Positions 49,728 to 59,805 of a stretch of 64,000 nucleotides of DNA are shown here, piece after piece. The stretch is from Patescibacteria group bacterium (GTDB lineage Bacteria > Patescibacteriota > UBA1384 > 2-12-FULL-50-11): positions 551,006 through 615,005 of the forward strand of contig BOKZ01000001.1 in the NCBI GenBank assembly GCA_016861245.1, written 5' to 3'. The translations under genes were made by a program, and so were the position numbers. Position 1 is the stretch's first letter. The number at the start of each line of letters is the position of its first letter. Under the pieces are notes generated by a model. That model was not told the origin of the DNA, searched no databases, and worked only from the letters and a program-made list of their open reading frames with translations.

Positions 49728-52547
49728 CTACCCTGAAACAATGAGATTAAGCACTTCACCGGGCTTATAAATACGCTTAATAATGGGGCGATTGAGTAGC
49801 GTTTTCTCAACTTGAGGATCTTGTAGCGCGGCAGAAACTGCTGACTCTTCGTCATTAGCGGTAAGTTCAACAGTGGCAATAAACTTCTGGTTTATGAGCA
49901 CTTTAATTGTTTTTAAGCGCTCAATAGTCGTTGCCTTTGGCCAGCTTGCCGCAAACACCGACCCCGGATAATTAGAACTAAACGATTTCTCCCAAAGTTC
50001 CTCCGCCAGAAACGGGTAGATAGGGGAGAGAGTAATAATAAATTTCTGGAAATCGCCGCGAGAAATAGTTTCAAACTTCTCCCAATTATTTATTAATTTC
50101 ATCGCCTCGGCGACTACTGTATTAAGCCTGAATTCAGCGATCATCGGTTCGATAGATGCTAAATAATTATTCAACTCATCGCTCGGCTTGGCTGAATCGG
50201 ATACTTTTTCTACAAGTTTATACAGCCGAATCAGGAAACGATGAATGCCGCTGATGCCGCGCGGATTCCATTCGACGTCAATCTCCATCGGACCCATAAA
50301 CAGCTCGTAACCACGCAGTGCGTCGGTACCGTAATGCTCAATAAGCGGATCTGGTGATACAACGTTCCCCTTGCTCTTACTCATCTTACTGCCGTGTAGG
50401 TTAACCATGCCGATGTTGTAGAGCTGCATGAACGGCTCGGTTATCTTTGCGTCAATGTAACCGTGCTTAGCCAAAAAACGAGTAACAAATCGCGCGTACA
50501 ATAAATGAAGCGTCGCGTGCTCGATACCGCCGATATACAAATCAACTGGCAACCAATCATTAACTGTTTTTTTATCAAACGCTTGCTTTTCGTCGGTAGG
50601 GGATAGGTATCGCAAAAAGTACCACGACGAGTCGACAAAGGTGTCTAGAGTGTCGGTGTCGAAGTACCACCCCTTGCCGTAGAGCGTTTCGGCGCGTTCT
50701 TTATATTCTGCCGAGCGAGCAATCGGACTTTCGCCGCCTGGCAGAAAGTCGACGTCTTCAGGAAGTCTAAGCGGTAAATGCTCGTCTTTAACAGGGTGTG
50801 GCTGTCCCTGTGGATCGTAAACGATCGGAATCGGCGCACCCCAATATCGCTGACGACTTACTAACCAGTCCCTCAGACGATACGTTGTAACGGCTTTCCC
50901 AAGTTTTTTCTTTTCAAGATCGTTCGTTATTTTTTCTGATGCTTCGTCGCTGCTTAATCCGGAGTACGAACCAGAATCAGTCAAACGACCTTTGTCGGTG
51001 TAAATTTGCTTATTAACCAGGAAGTGAAATGAGAGAATGTGCGACTCGTCTACAATTAAACGCTCGACCTCAGATTTAGTTAGCCACTCGATCTTAAATT
51101 TATCGATCTCGTTGTCTTCTAATTTTGTTGGGTCTTGCTTTTTACTTTTTAACCTAAAGTGAAGCCCCGTAACGTCAATAATCCGATTAACACCCTTTGA
51201 GTAAGCGCGGTAATGGTGGTGTAGCGTGCCGGTCTGCCCGATTAGCTCTAAGTCAGTGTAACCAGTTTCTTCAGCAATTTCGCGTCGAGCTGTTATTTCC
51301 GCATCTTCATTATTATCTCTACCACCCCCGATAAAAAGTCGACCTCCAAGCTCTTTTCCCCAATTAAGCGTTAAGAATTTGCCGGTAGTAGGGTCTTCAA
51401 CGATCGCGATAATGCTTTCACGAAATTCCTCGTTATCTAATACTTCACCGGTTTCAGGCTCGATTACTGGTTTAATCGGTAGTTTGTGTGTAATTGCGAA
51501 TTGGTAATCACGCTCATCGTGAGCCGGCACGCACATCACCGCCCCAGTGCCGTATTCTAATAACACGTAATCAGCTACGTAAATTGGAATTTCTTTATTG
51601 GTTAGCGGGTGGATTGCGAAACTACCGGTTTCGTAGGCTGTTTTTTCCGACTCTTTAGCTTGGGCGCGATCGACATTAGTTTTAGCAGATACCGTTTGTA
51701 GATACTCCTGAAAGCCGTCGCTACGCTCTGGTACTACTAACTCTTTTGCCAGCTGGTGTTCAGGCGCTAACACAATCGCGGTTACGCCAAAAATCGTATC
51801 GATCCGAGTAGTGAATACCGGTATCTCGCTTGCTGAATCTTTAATTTTAAAGGCGAGCTCAACACCGACTGATTTACCGATCCAATTGCGTTGCAGGCTT
51901 TTTACTCGCTCCGGCCATTTCACCTGCTCCAACCCGTCGATTAGTTCTTGTGCGTACTCGGAAGTTTTTAAGTACCACTGCGAGAGCTCTTTCTTGGTTA
52001 CTTTGGCGCCACAGCGATCACAACAACCGTTAACTACTTGCTCGTTTGCTAATACAGTCTGATCGTTCGGACACCAGTTCACGAGCGATTTTCGCTTTTC
52101 GGCCATACCGTGTTTGAAAAACTGCAAAAATAGCCATTGCGTCCAGCGGTAATACTCTGGATCAGACGTAACTACGCGCTTTGACCAGTCGAAACATGCA
52201 CCGAGCTGATTAAGTTGTTTTGTAAACGATTCTATTGCGTTGTCGGTAAACTTTTTCGGGTGTGACTTATGTTTGATGGCCGCATTTTCAGCCGGCAAAC
52301 CGAAGGCATCGAAACCCATCGGATGAAGTACGGTCTTTCCCAGTAACATCTGGTAGCGTGCATAAAAATCGCTCATAACGTATCCTCGCCAGTGACCGAC
52401 GTGCAAACCGTCACCAGAAGGATACGGGAACATGTCTAGGCAATAATATTTGTCTTTGCTCGATAAATCGGCAGTGGAAAGTTTATTTTTTTCCCAAACA
52501 TCTCGCCATTTCTGCTCTATTTTTTGATGATTATAGTGACGATCCAT
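49728..52547 (-). CDS. leuS: leucine-tRNA ligase carrying an inserted Nudix hydrolase domain
   Basis: 939 aa; HIGH (HVGHWRGY), KMSKS, CP1 editing domain ...GTGAVMCVPAHDERD; extra about 130 aa with perfect Nudix box between CP1 and YRLRDW. Confidence 0.93.
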   Translation of the reverse strand: MDRHYNHQKIEQKWRDVWEKNKLSTADLSSKDKYYCLDMFPYPSGDGLHVGHWRGYVMSDFYARYQMLLGKTVLHPMGFDAFGLPAENAAIKHKSHPKKFTDNAIESFTKQLNQLGACFDWSKRVVTSDPEYYRWTQWLFLQFFKHGMAEKRKSLVNWCPNDQTVLANEQVVNGCCDRCGAKVTKKELSQWYLKTSEYAQELIDGLEQVKWPERVKSLQRNWIGKSVGVELAFKIKDSASEIPVFTTRIDTIFGVTAIVLAPEHQLAKELVVPERSDGFQEYLQTVSAKTNVDRAQAKESEKTAYETGSFAIHPLTNKEIPIYVADYVLLEYGTGAVMCVPAHDERDYQFAITHKLPIKPVIEPETGEVLDNEEFRESIIAIVEDPTTGKFLTLNWGKELGGRLFIGGGRDNNEDAEITARREIAEETGYTDLELIGQTGTLHHHYRAYSKGVNRIIDVTGLHFRLKSKKQDPTKLEDNEIDKFKIEWLTKSEVERLIVDESHILSFHFLVNKQIYTDKGRLTDSGSYSGLSSDEASEKITNDLEKKKLGKAVTTYRLRDWLVSRQRYWGAPIPIVYDPQGQPHPVKDEHLPLRLPEDVDFLPGGESPIARSAEYKERAETLYGKGWYFDTDTLDTFVDSSWYFLRYLSPTDEKQAFDKKTVNDWLPVDLYIGGIEHATLHLLYARFVTRFLAKHGYIDAKITEPFMQLYNIGMVNLHGSKMSKSKGNVVSPDPLIEHYGTDALRGYELFMGPMEIDVEWNPRGISGIHRFLIRLYKLVEKVSDSAKPSDELNNYLASIEPMIAEFRLNTVVAEAMKLINNWEKFETISRGDFQKFIITLSPIYPFLAEELWEKSFSSNYPGSVFAASWPKATTIERLKTIKVLINQKFIATVELTANDEESAVSAALQDPQVEKTLLNRPIIKRIYKPGEVLNLIVSG

Positions 52548-52630
52548 TACCTGTAAGTATATCTGTAACTAAAAAAACTGCCTAGCAGTTGCGAAGTTTT
52601 TAAACGAGGTTAAAGTAGGGGAGAGGAGTA

Positions 52631-52798
52631 ATGGAAAATATTAATCAATTTCTCGATTCACCGATGTTACGCTCAATAGCGGGTGGGGCGATAATTTTTA
52701 TTGTCGGATTAATTTTTCTTAAAAATCAAATTGTTAAGTTACTTATTCTTACAGTGTTAGTTGCCGCTGCGATCTTCTTCTACAACAACTATCGATGA
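52631..52798 (+). CDS. small membrane protein (55 aa, 2 TM)
   Basis: strong RBS GGGGAGAGGAG; stop overlaps next ATG (ATGA). Confidence 0.5.
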   Translation: MENINQFLDSPMLRSIAGGAIIFIVGLIFLKNQIVKLLILTVLVAAAIFFYNNYR

Positions 52799-54087
52799 GG
52801 AAAAATTGGGGTTGGGTTCTCGTAATTGTTACGGCGCTTTTTCCGATAGTTCTCTGGATGTTGGCGGCTCCGATAAACACTAGATTCACCTCAGCGAGCG
52901 TTAGTATACTAAGCCTCTCTCAAATTTGTGCGCTTACCGGCGCGTCATTCTTTGCCTGGAACTTTATTTTAGCTGCGCGGTTACGGTGGTTGGAAAGTGG
53001 TTTCGGTGGATTAAATAAAGTCTTTGTCGCTCACCACACGTTTGGCGGGGTTGCGTTTGTTCTACTGCTTCTGCACGCAATTCTTGTTATGGCGCAATAT
53101 CTGCCGATTTCGATCTCGCTCACGGGAGAAATGTTAATTGACGTCTCCGATTTGTCGAAAAACCTCGGTCGCTTGACGCTTGGCATTATTATGACGGTTC
53201 TTATTATCACTTATTACTTTCCGCTCAAACACAACATCTGGAAGTGGACGCATCAGATTATCGGAGCAGCGTTATTTACCGGTTTTGCGCATGTTTTTAT
53301 CGTCCCGAGCGACGTCGCGAACTACTTGCCGTTACGATACTGGATGTTGGGAATACTGCTCTGTGGAATCATTGCTTATTGCTACCGGGTACTATTTGGT
53401 AAGTATCTTGTGTCGCGCTACAAATACACAGTTACCGATATTAAAAAGTTCCCAAACAATATTATGGAGATTGTACTAACGCCGACCGCCGGCTCTATGC
53501 AGTACAGACCAGGGCAATTTGTTTTTATTAGTTTTATCCAAAACGGAATCACTACCGAATTCCACCCATTTTCCATTACCTCCGATAGCAGCTCAAAACA
53601 ACTCTCAATAGGAATTAAGCGGCTCGGCGACTACACTGAAACACTTTCTAGTTTGGAACGGGGCACAGAAGCAAAAATTGAAGGTCCGTTCGGTCGTTTT
53701 TACATACAAAAAAATCATCACGCCGACCAAATCTGGGTCGCGGGCGGAATCGGTATTACGCCGTTTTTGAGTATGATTCGCAGTCAAAAAGTAATCGATG
53801 GCGGTAAAGTTTGGTTATTCTACTCAGTTAACACCATCGACGAAGCGGTCTTTCTTCCAGAACTTATTGCCTACGCAAAAGAAAATGAAGATTTTATATT
53901 AATCCTTCACGAAACTAAGCGAAACGGTTACATTAGCGCCGAAATTATTTCTAAAAAAGTGGGGGAACTGACGAATAAAGAGATCTTCCTCTGCGGTCCG
54001 CCACCGATGATGAAGTCGCTTCGTGAACAATTTGTTTCAATTGGCGTTAACAACAATGTAATTCATTCAGAGGAGTTTACGCTCTAA
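52795..54087 (+). CDS. ferric reductase/NOX-family membrane flavocytochrome (FRD TM domain + FAD + NAD(P)-binding)
   Basis: 430 aa; TM His pairs (HHTFGGVAFVLLLLH), HPFSITS FAD motif, GGIGITPF NAD motif. Confidence 0.7.
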   Translation: MRKNWGWVLVIVTALFPIVLWMLAAPINTRFTSASVSILSLSQICALTGASFFAWNFILAARLRWLESGFGGLNKVFVAHHTFGGVAFVLLLLHAILVMAQYLPISISLTGEMLIDVSDLSKNLGRLTLGIIMTVLIITYYFPLKHNIWKWTHQIIGAALFTGFAHVFIVPSDVANYLPLRYWMLGILLCGIIAYCYRVLFGKYLVSRYKYTVTDIKKFPNNIMEIVLTPTAGSMQYRPGQFVFISFIQNGITTEFHPFSITSDSSSKQLSIGIKRLGDYTETLSSLERGTEAKIEGPFGRFYIQKNHHADQIWVAGGIGITPFLSMIRSQKVIDGGKVWLFYSVNTIDEAVFLPELIAYAKENEDFILILHETKRNGYISAEIISKKVGELTNKEIFLCGPPPMMKSLREQFVSIGVNNNVIHSEEFTL

Positions 54088-54172
54088 TGTTACAACGAAT
54101 TATCGATATTACCTTAGCAATCTATATATTGTTTACAATAATATTTATTTTAATCGCAGTGCTGTAAATCTG

Positions 54173-54245
54173 TGGACCGTACCGGGTTCGAACCGGTGAC
54201 CTCTTCCATGCCATGGAAGCGCGCTACCAGCTGCGCCAACGGCCC
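54173..54245 (-). tRNA. tRNA-Ala (anticodon GGC)
   Basis: cloverleaf derived by hand; G3:U70 Ala identity pair; anticodon loop ATGGCAT; T-arm GGTTCGAAC; CCA not encoded. Confidence 0.85.
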
Positions 54246-54272
54246 GATGTTGGAAATTATACCAGAGAAAGC

Positions 54273-55871
54273 TTACAGATTCACCGCTGCGGCCGGTTGT
54301 TGGACTGGAACAAGCAAAGTTTTTCCTGTCATCTCCGGCGATGGCGGTAACCCAAGAATATTTAGAATAGTCGGCGCAACATCAGCCAAAGTACCGCCGT
54401 CACGTACTTGCAGACCAAGCGCCTCCTGACCGGTAATAAGAAACGGGACGGGGTTACTGGAATGCTCGGTGTCTGGTTCACCAGTTTTGGGATTAACCAT
54501 CTGTTCGGCGTTGCCGTGATCGGCCGTAACGATAAGTAGGCCGTTAGTTTTTCTAATTTCCTCGTAAATTCTGGTAAGTCCGGCATCAACTGCTTCGCAT
54601 GCTTTTATCGCTGCACGTAAATTGCCAGTGTGGCCAACCATATCTGGGCAAGCGTAATTAAGAATAATAAAGTCGTAGTTATTGAGATTTTTCAGTACTG
54701 TGTCTGTAACCTCGACGCTTGCCATCTGCGGAATTTGGTCGTAACTGGGTACTTTCGGCGACGGAACAACGATCCGATCCTCGTTTTTATACGCTTCTTC
54801 GTGCCCGCCGTTAAAGAAGTAGGTAACGTGGGCGTATTTTTCCGACTCGGCGACGTGAAGCTGTTTCAAGTTAGCAGTTGAGAGAATATGCGAAAGCGGC
54901 TGGCTGACGTTTCGCGGTTTAAACGCGACTTCCATCGGTAGTCCTTCTTGATAATACGTAAAACCAACGAAATAGAGGTTCTTACGCACAACTTTGCGGT
55001 TAAAGCCATCGAAATCTGGCTTAACAAATGTTTGGGTCAGCTCACGTGCTCGGTCGCCGCGGAAATTAAAGAAGATAATTGAATCACCGTCTTGTATCGG
55101 CCGATAGCTGTTATTTGCGCCTTGGACAACCGTTGGTGGGATAAACTCGTCCGAATAACCATCGCGATAAGCAGCAGCCACCGCCGCTTCGGCCGTTGGC
55201 GCAACCGGACCAACACCCTCTGTCATTGCTCGGTAGGTTTTCTCGATGCGCTCCCAACGGTGATCGCGATCCATCGCATAGTACCGCCCAGAGACCGTAC
55301 AGATAGCCCCAAACCCGAGTTTAGATAAATACTCGTTAACTCTCGATAAATGACTCTCTGCATCAAAGGGAGGGGTATCGCGACCGTCGGTAATCGCGTG
55401 GATACAGACGTTTGGCATTTCCAGCGTCTTTGCCATATCTAATAATGCATAGAGATGGTCGACATGGCTATGAATACCGCCATCGCTCACTAAACCAACT
55501 ATATGAACGTTTTTACCGTTCTTTTTTGCTTGGTTGAAAGCTGTAACAAGCGGCTCGCTTTTCAGAAACGAACCGTCTTTAATTGCTGCTGTAATTACTG
55601 GTAACGATTCTAGAACGATCTGTCCTGAACCTATATTCAAATGCCCAACCTCGGAGTTACCGCGCTCATTAACTGGTAGGCCTACCGCTTCACCAGAAGC
55701 CTGTAAGATTGTGTGAGGGTAAGATTTGGTTGCCATATTGAAGAACGGCGTCTTCGCTAACGAAACCGCGTTGCCGCCCCAATTTGGAGCAACGCCCCAT
55801 CCGTCGATAACGGCTAGTACGACTGGTTTCGGCCTACTGCTTTGCGGCATTGCCAGACAATTCTCGTTCAA
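54273..55871 (-). CDS. gpmI: 2,3-bisphosphoglycerate-independent phosphoglycerate mutase
   Basis: 532 aa iPGM. Confidence 0.9.
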   Translation of the reverse strand: MNENCLAMPQSSRPKPVVLAVIDGWGVAPNWGGNAVSLAKTPFFNMATKSYPHTILQASGEAVGLPVNERGNSEVGHLNIGSGQIVLESLPVITAAIKDGSFLKSEPLVTAFNQAKKNGKNVHIVGLVSDGGIHSHVDHLYALLDMAKTLEMPNVCIHAITDGRDTPPFDAESHLSRVNEYLSKLGFGAICTVSGRYYAMDRDHRWERIEKTYRAMTEGVGPVAPTAEAAVAAAYRDGYSDEFIPPTVVQGANNSYRPIQDGDSIIFFNFRGDRARELTQTFVKPDFDGFNRKVVRKNLYFVGFTYYQEGLPMEVAFKPRNVSQPLSHILSTANLKQLHVAESEKYAHVTYFFNGGHEEAYKNEDRIVVPSPKVPSYDQIPQMASVEVTDTVLKNLNNYDFIILNYACPDMVGHTGNLRAAIKACEAVDAGLTRIYEEIRKTNGLLIVTADHGNAEQMVNPKTGEPDTEHSSNPVPFLITGQEALGLQVRDGGTLADVAPTILNILGLPPSPEMTGKTLLVPVQQPAAAVNL

Positions 55872-57051
55872 TCACCAATAACCTGCGGTATTTGCTCATT
55901 CGCTCCGGGTGAGAATCGTTCGGCGCCCCTGTTTTTATAAATTGAGCCCCAACTCCAACGGCAAAATCTGCAATAAAATCATCGAGCGTCTCGCCGGAGC
56001 GGTGAGAGATAATATTGATGTAGCCGGCTTGGCGGGCGATATCAACAACTTCCATCGTCTCGGTGACACTACCAATTTGATTAAGCTTAACTAATATAGC
56101 GTTAGCTGCGTTGGACTCGATACCTTTTTTGAGTCGATCCGGATTGGTAGCAAATACGTCGTCGCCAACAAGCATTAGTTTTTTCGTGCTCGGGTTTGAT
56201 TGCTCCATCTCTTTATAAAACTCAGCCCACGAAGCCCAGTCGTCCTCCGGAAACGGATCTTCGATCGATAGAACTGGAAAATCTCTCAAAATGCCCAAGT
56301 ACCGTTTTGGAGAAATCTCAAAAGTTGGCGGCAAACTCGAAGCAGCTACATCAAGCGCTAGCGATACCTCATCCCAAGGCTTATACCCAGATTCTTTAAT
56401 GGCTTTAACTAAGTAATCAAATGCCATCTCGTTTGTGTCTAAATTCGGTGCGTAACCGCCTTCGTCACCAGTTGGCAGAAAAACTGACTCCTGTTTCAAC
56501 AACTGTCCGAGCGTACTAAAAACCAACTTTCCAGCGGAAAGCTGGTTGTGATACCCATCTACACGGTCGGGGATAACCATGAACTCTTGAATGTCTAAGT
56601 TGTTGTCGGCGTGTTTACCGCCGTTAATGAGGTTGAACATCGGGACTGGAATCGTAAAACCAGTTCGATTATCTAATTCTCCAATATATCGGTAGAGCGG
56701 CACACCTTTTTCCATAGCTGCAGTTCGAGCCACAGCCATCGACACGGCTAATATCGCGTTAGCACCGAGATTTGATTTGTCAGGAGTACCGTCGAGCTTA
56801 ATCATTATCTGGTCGAGACCGCGTTGATCGAAGACTTCTTTTCCGAGTAACGCTGGAGCAATTTTTTGTTTAATATTCTCCACGGCCTGCGCCGGCTCTA
56901 CTACTTTAGCTTCGAACGCAGATTTTGAGGCGCCGGCCGGAACCGCTGCTGAACCGACTTTGCCGGTATCAGTCTTAACGGTAGCTTGAACGGTATCGTC
57001 GCCGCGTGAATCGTGAATAACTTCGCCGATAACTTCTACAATTTTTGCCAT
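55834..57051 (-). CDS. eno: enolase
   Basis: 405 aa; enolase signature region. Confidence 0.95.
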   Translation of the reverse strand: MAKIVEVIGEVIHDSRGDDTVQATVKTDTGKVGSAAVPAGASKSAFEAKVVEPAQAVENIKQKIAPALLGKEVFDQRGLDQIMIKLDGTPDKSNLGANAILAVSMAVARTAAMEKGVPLYRYIGELDNRTGFTIPVPMFNLINGGKHADNNLDIQEFMVIPDRVDGYHNQLSAGKLVFSTLGQLLKQESVFLPTGDEGGYAPNLDTNEMAFDYLVKAIKESGYKPWDEVSLALDVAASSLPPTFEISPKRYLGILRDFPVLSIEDPFPEDDWASWAEFYKEMEQSNPSTKKLMLVGDDVFATNPDRLKKGIESNAANAILVKLNQIGSVTETMEVVDIARQAGYINIISHRSGETLDDFIADFAVGVGAQFIKTGAPNDSHPERMSKYRRLLVIERELSGNAAKQ

Positions 57052-58067
57052 TATATTTTCTTTAACCCCTCTTTTAACACATTGATCGATTCCACCGGCG
57101 ACGGATCGACGCCGTAAACACCCGCTAAGTAATAGCTTAACAGGTCGCCAAAATAAATGAGTAGTAGTTGCTCGCTTAACAGGTTTTCTGAACGAACCGA
57201 CAAGGGGATAAACGGTACTTCGTTTTTATTAAATAACTTTTCAATTAGGTTTTTTCGGGCGTTATTTCGTGAGAAGGCAAAATTTGACTCTAGATACACG
57301 ACCGTTAGTTTCTCGGGGATTGGAAAATCGATTCCAACCAACGTGTTATGACAAAGCTCCGGAACCATCGCACCAAACGCGAAGACCTTACTATTTTCAT
57401 TAAACTGATTCACCCAGCGGCGCATCACCGACCCCAACGGCGCAGATGTAAGTACCATCGGGACTTTATTACTCAGCGTCATCGCTAGTTCCTCGGCTTT
57501 CGGCGGAAAAATCTGCTTACTGACGGTGTTTTTTAGTTCCGTGATCGAAGCGAAATACTGCTTCTCGGTTAACGCCGCGACCTGTAGTTTTGTTAAAAGC
57601 GTTAGCAATAGCCCATATAACCAGCCAACAGCTGCCCTGGGTGCGCTCTCGTATTCGATCGGAATTAAGAAAAAATCGTGGATTTTAGCTAATTCAGCGA
57701 GTTTACCGCCGCTGGTGATAGCGACAACTGGCGATTTGAGCTCTAAAGCAGTTTTTACGGCATCAAGTGTCTCTTCAGTATCACCCGAATGGCTAACAGC
57801 AATTACCAATGTTTTGTCTGTTACCCAGCCTGGCAACCCGTAATCAGCCCAAGTATCAATCGAGATTTTACTACTTCGAAGAAGATCTTGCGCGAGCATT
57901 CCTGCAATCCCCGAACCGCCCATGCCACAGATCACAATTCGATCAAACTCTAGTTTCGGAACATCCTTAATCCAAAGACTCGTCCAGGCTTTTTCAAGCT
58001 GAATTGGTAAGTCGTGGATTTTTTCGAGCATCTTCTGCTCATCGAGGACAACAATCTGTTCCGCCAT
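57051..58067 (-). CDS. pgi: bifunctional phosphoglucose/phosphomannose isomerase (SIS domain, archaeal-type)
   Basis: 338 aa; SIS motif ICGMGGSGIAG. Confidence 0.65.
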   Translation of the reverse strand: MAEQIVVLDEQKMLEKIHDLPIQLEKAWTSLWIKDVPKLEFDRIVICGMGGSGIAGMLAQDLLRSSKISIDTWADYGLPGWVTDKTLVIAVSHSGDTEETLDAVKTALELKSPVVAITSGGKLAELAKIHDFFLIPIEYESAPRAAVGWLYGLLLTLLTKLQVAALTEKQYFASITELKNTVSKQIFPPKAEELAMTLSNKVPMVLTSAPLGSVMRRWVNQFNENSKVFAFGAMVPELCHNTLVGIDFPIPEKLTVVYLESNFAFSRNNARKNLIEKLFNKNEVPFIPLSVRSENLLSEQLLLIYFGDLLSYYLAGVYGVDPSPVESINVLKEGLKKI

Positions 58068-58105
58068 AGTTCTACAGTACTATGTGTCTCGGGAGTAGGG
58101 AAGTG

Positions 58106-58178
58106 TGGACCGTATCGGAGTCGAACCGACGACCTCTACAATGCGAATGTAGCGCTCTACCAGCTGAGCTAACGGCCC
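58106..58178 (-). tRNA. tRNA-Ala (anticodon CGC)
   Basis: hand-folded; G3:U70; anticodon loop TTCGCAT. Confidence 0.85.
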
Positions 58179-58224
58179 TTAATGGTGTTATTCTACCAAG
58201 AATTACGGTAAAATTAACCCACTA

Positions 58225-58307
58225 GCCCGCGTGGCGGAACGGTAGACGCGGTGGACTCAAAATCCACTAATCGCAAGATTGTAGAGGTTCAAGTCCTCTC
58301 GCGGGCA
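58225..58307 (+). tRNA. tRNA-Leu (anticodon CAA), class II with long variable arm
   Basis: anticodon loop CTCAAAA; variable arm TAATCGCAAGATTGTA; T-arm GAGGTTCAAGTCCTC. Confidence 0.85.
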
Positions 58308-58309
58308 CG

Positions 58310-59044
58310 ATGCAAGAAATCCGCTTTGACGAAAGAGACATTAAAAAGATTTTTAGAGCCGACACTCCTACGTTGCGCTTAATGCGTTTTGTTCGACGAA
58401 CAGTCTTAAGTTTAATTTATATTGGTTTATTGTTTGGCGTATTCTTTTACGGCTTAAACTTTTCTGCCTTTTTAAAAAGATTTCAGTACGAAACTAGGGC
58501 AAATACTAACAATATCGCGGTAATCGATGAGCCGAAACCAGAGCCGGTGGTTGAGATACCGGATTACGCGCCGCTCGTTGAGATCCCAAAAATTAGTGTC
58601 TCTGCGCCGCTTCTACTAAATGTTGCGCCGGATTTAATTGTTGATCAGCTTCGCGTTGGGGTGACGCATTACGAGGCAACGGCGTTACCGGGCGAGATCG
58701 GCAATAGCGTAATCGTTGGTCACTCTTCGGATTTACCGTGGAGCGATGGTCAGTATAAAACAGTGTTTGCCCTACTCGATAAGTTAGTACTCGGCGACAA
58801 AGTGGTAGTCTATTACAAAAAACAGCGCCTTGTTTACTCCGTAACCTCTAGTAAGGTTGTCGCTCCGACCGACTTATCGGTACTGCGACGCTCAACTACT
58901 CCGCAGATTACTTTACTTACTTGTTACCCAGTGGGCACCACCCGTAATCGTCTAATTGTTACGGCGGAGTTAATCGAAGGGGTGCCAACCGGAACTCAAG
59001 TTAGCGAGCCAGCTATTGGCTCGGCTCTGCCACGACCTCGGTAG
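58310..59044 (+). CDS. sortase (transpeptidase) with N-terminal membrane anchor
   Basis: His (VIVGHSSD), TLxTC (ITLLTCYP), Arg (TTRNRLIVTAE). Confidence 0.8.
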   Translation: MQEIRFDERDIKKIFRADTPTLRLMRFVRRTVLSLIYIGLLFGVFFYGLNFSAFLKRFQYETRANTNNIAVIDEPKPEPVVEIPDYAPLVEIPKISVSAPLLLNVAPDLIVDQLRVGVTHYEATALPGEIGNSVIVGHSSDLPWSDGQYKTVFALLDKLVLGDKVVVYYKKQRLVYSVTSSKVVAPTDLSVLRRSTTPQITLLTCYPVGTTRNRLIVTAELIEGVPTGTQVSEPAIGSALPRPR

Positions 59045-59744
59045 GAATTGTTAGGTTAATTAATTTCTTCACACCGTTTTCGTTTATAACGAACGCGTAC
59101 GAACTCGGCTGAGAGTTAATCGGCACGTATTCGGTTGTAGCAAGGGAGTAAATAACGAAATCTTGATTCGTGTCGGGGATAAAAACGTGGAAATTACTAC
59201 CGAGCTGATAGAGATATAAAGAGTTATAGCGGTGTATTTGAAGGGGCTCGGAAGAGAAGCGGGTAATAAACTCGTTTCCGTCAAACAACTCCCCGTTTTG
59301 CAGTGTTAAGCCGTTGGAGAGTTTTGAGGGTGTAATAAATCGAGCGTTCGGTTCGAGCGTCGAAACAAGTGGTTGCTTGGCAATTAATACCACATCTCGT
59401 GCGATGCCGACTTCGCCGCGATCTAAGTGGAATACCCTAATGTAGGGTAGGTATCCCTCTTTAGTAATCGATAAGTCGTATCGCCCAGGTTGTAAGCCAC
59501 GCTGTTGAAACGGACCTTTTGTAGCGATAGTTTTACCGTTTAGCTGGATCTCAACGTCAGATAGTTTCGTCTCAATAGAAACTACCGACGTCTGCTCGAA
59601 CGTTCGTGCTTTCGTATCGAACGTTAACCCGTTCGCCCAAAGAAACGTAATTATGGCCATCACAATAAAAACTAATACCCCAACGGTAGAAAAAATAGTT
59701 CCCTGAACCTGCCTGCGGCGATGAGTCATAGTAGTAGTATACAA
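59013..59744 (-). CDS. hypothetical membrane-anchored extracellular protein
   Basis: 243 aa; N-terminal TM; overlaps sortase 3' end convergently by 32 bp. Confidence 0.45.
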   Translation of the reverse strand: MYTTTMTHRRRQVQGTIFSTVGVLVFIVMAIITFLWANGLTFDTKARTFEQTSVVSIETKLSDVEIQLNGKTIATKGPFQQRGLQPGRYDLSITKEGYLPYIRVFHLDRGEVGIARDVVLIAKQPLVSTLEPNARFITPSKLSNGLTLQNGELFDGNEFITRFSSEPLQIHRYNSLYLYQLGSNFHVFIPDTNQDFVIYSLATTEYVPINSQPSSYAFVINENGVKKLINLTIPTEVVAEPSQ

Positions 59745-59805
59745 GAATATGAAACACAGATTAGCTAGTTGTTAGATAAGCGATACCTGATAGAATGGCA
59801 ACAAT

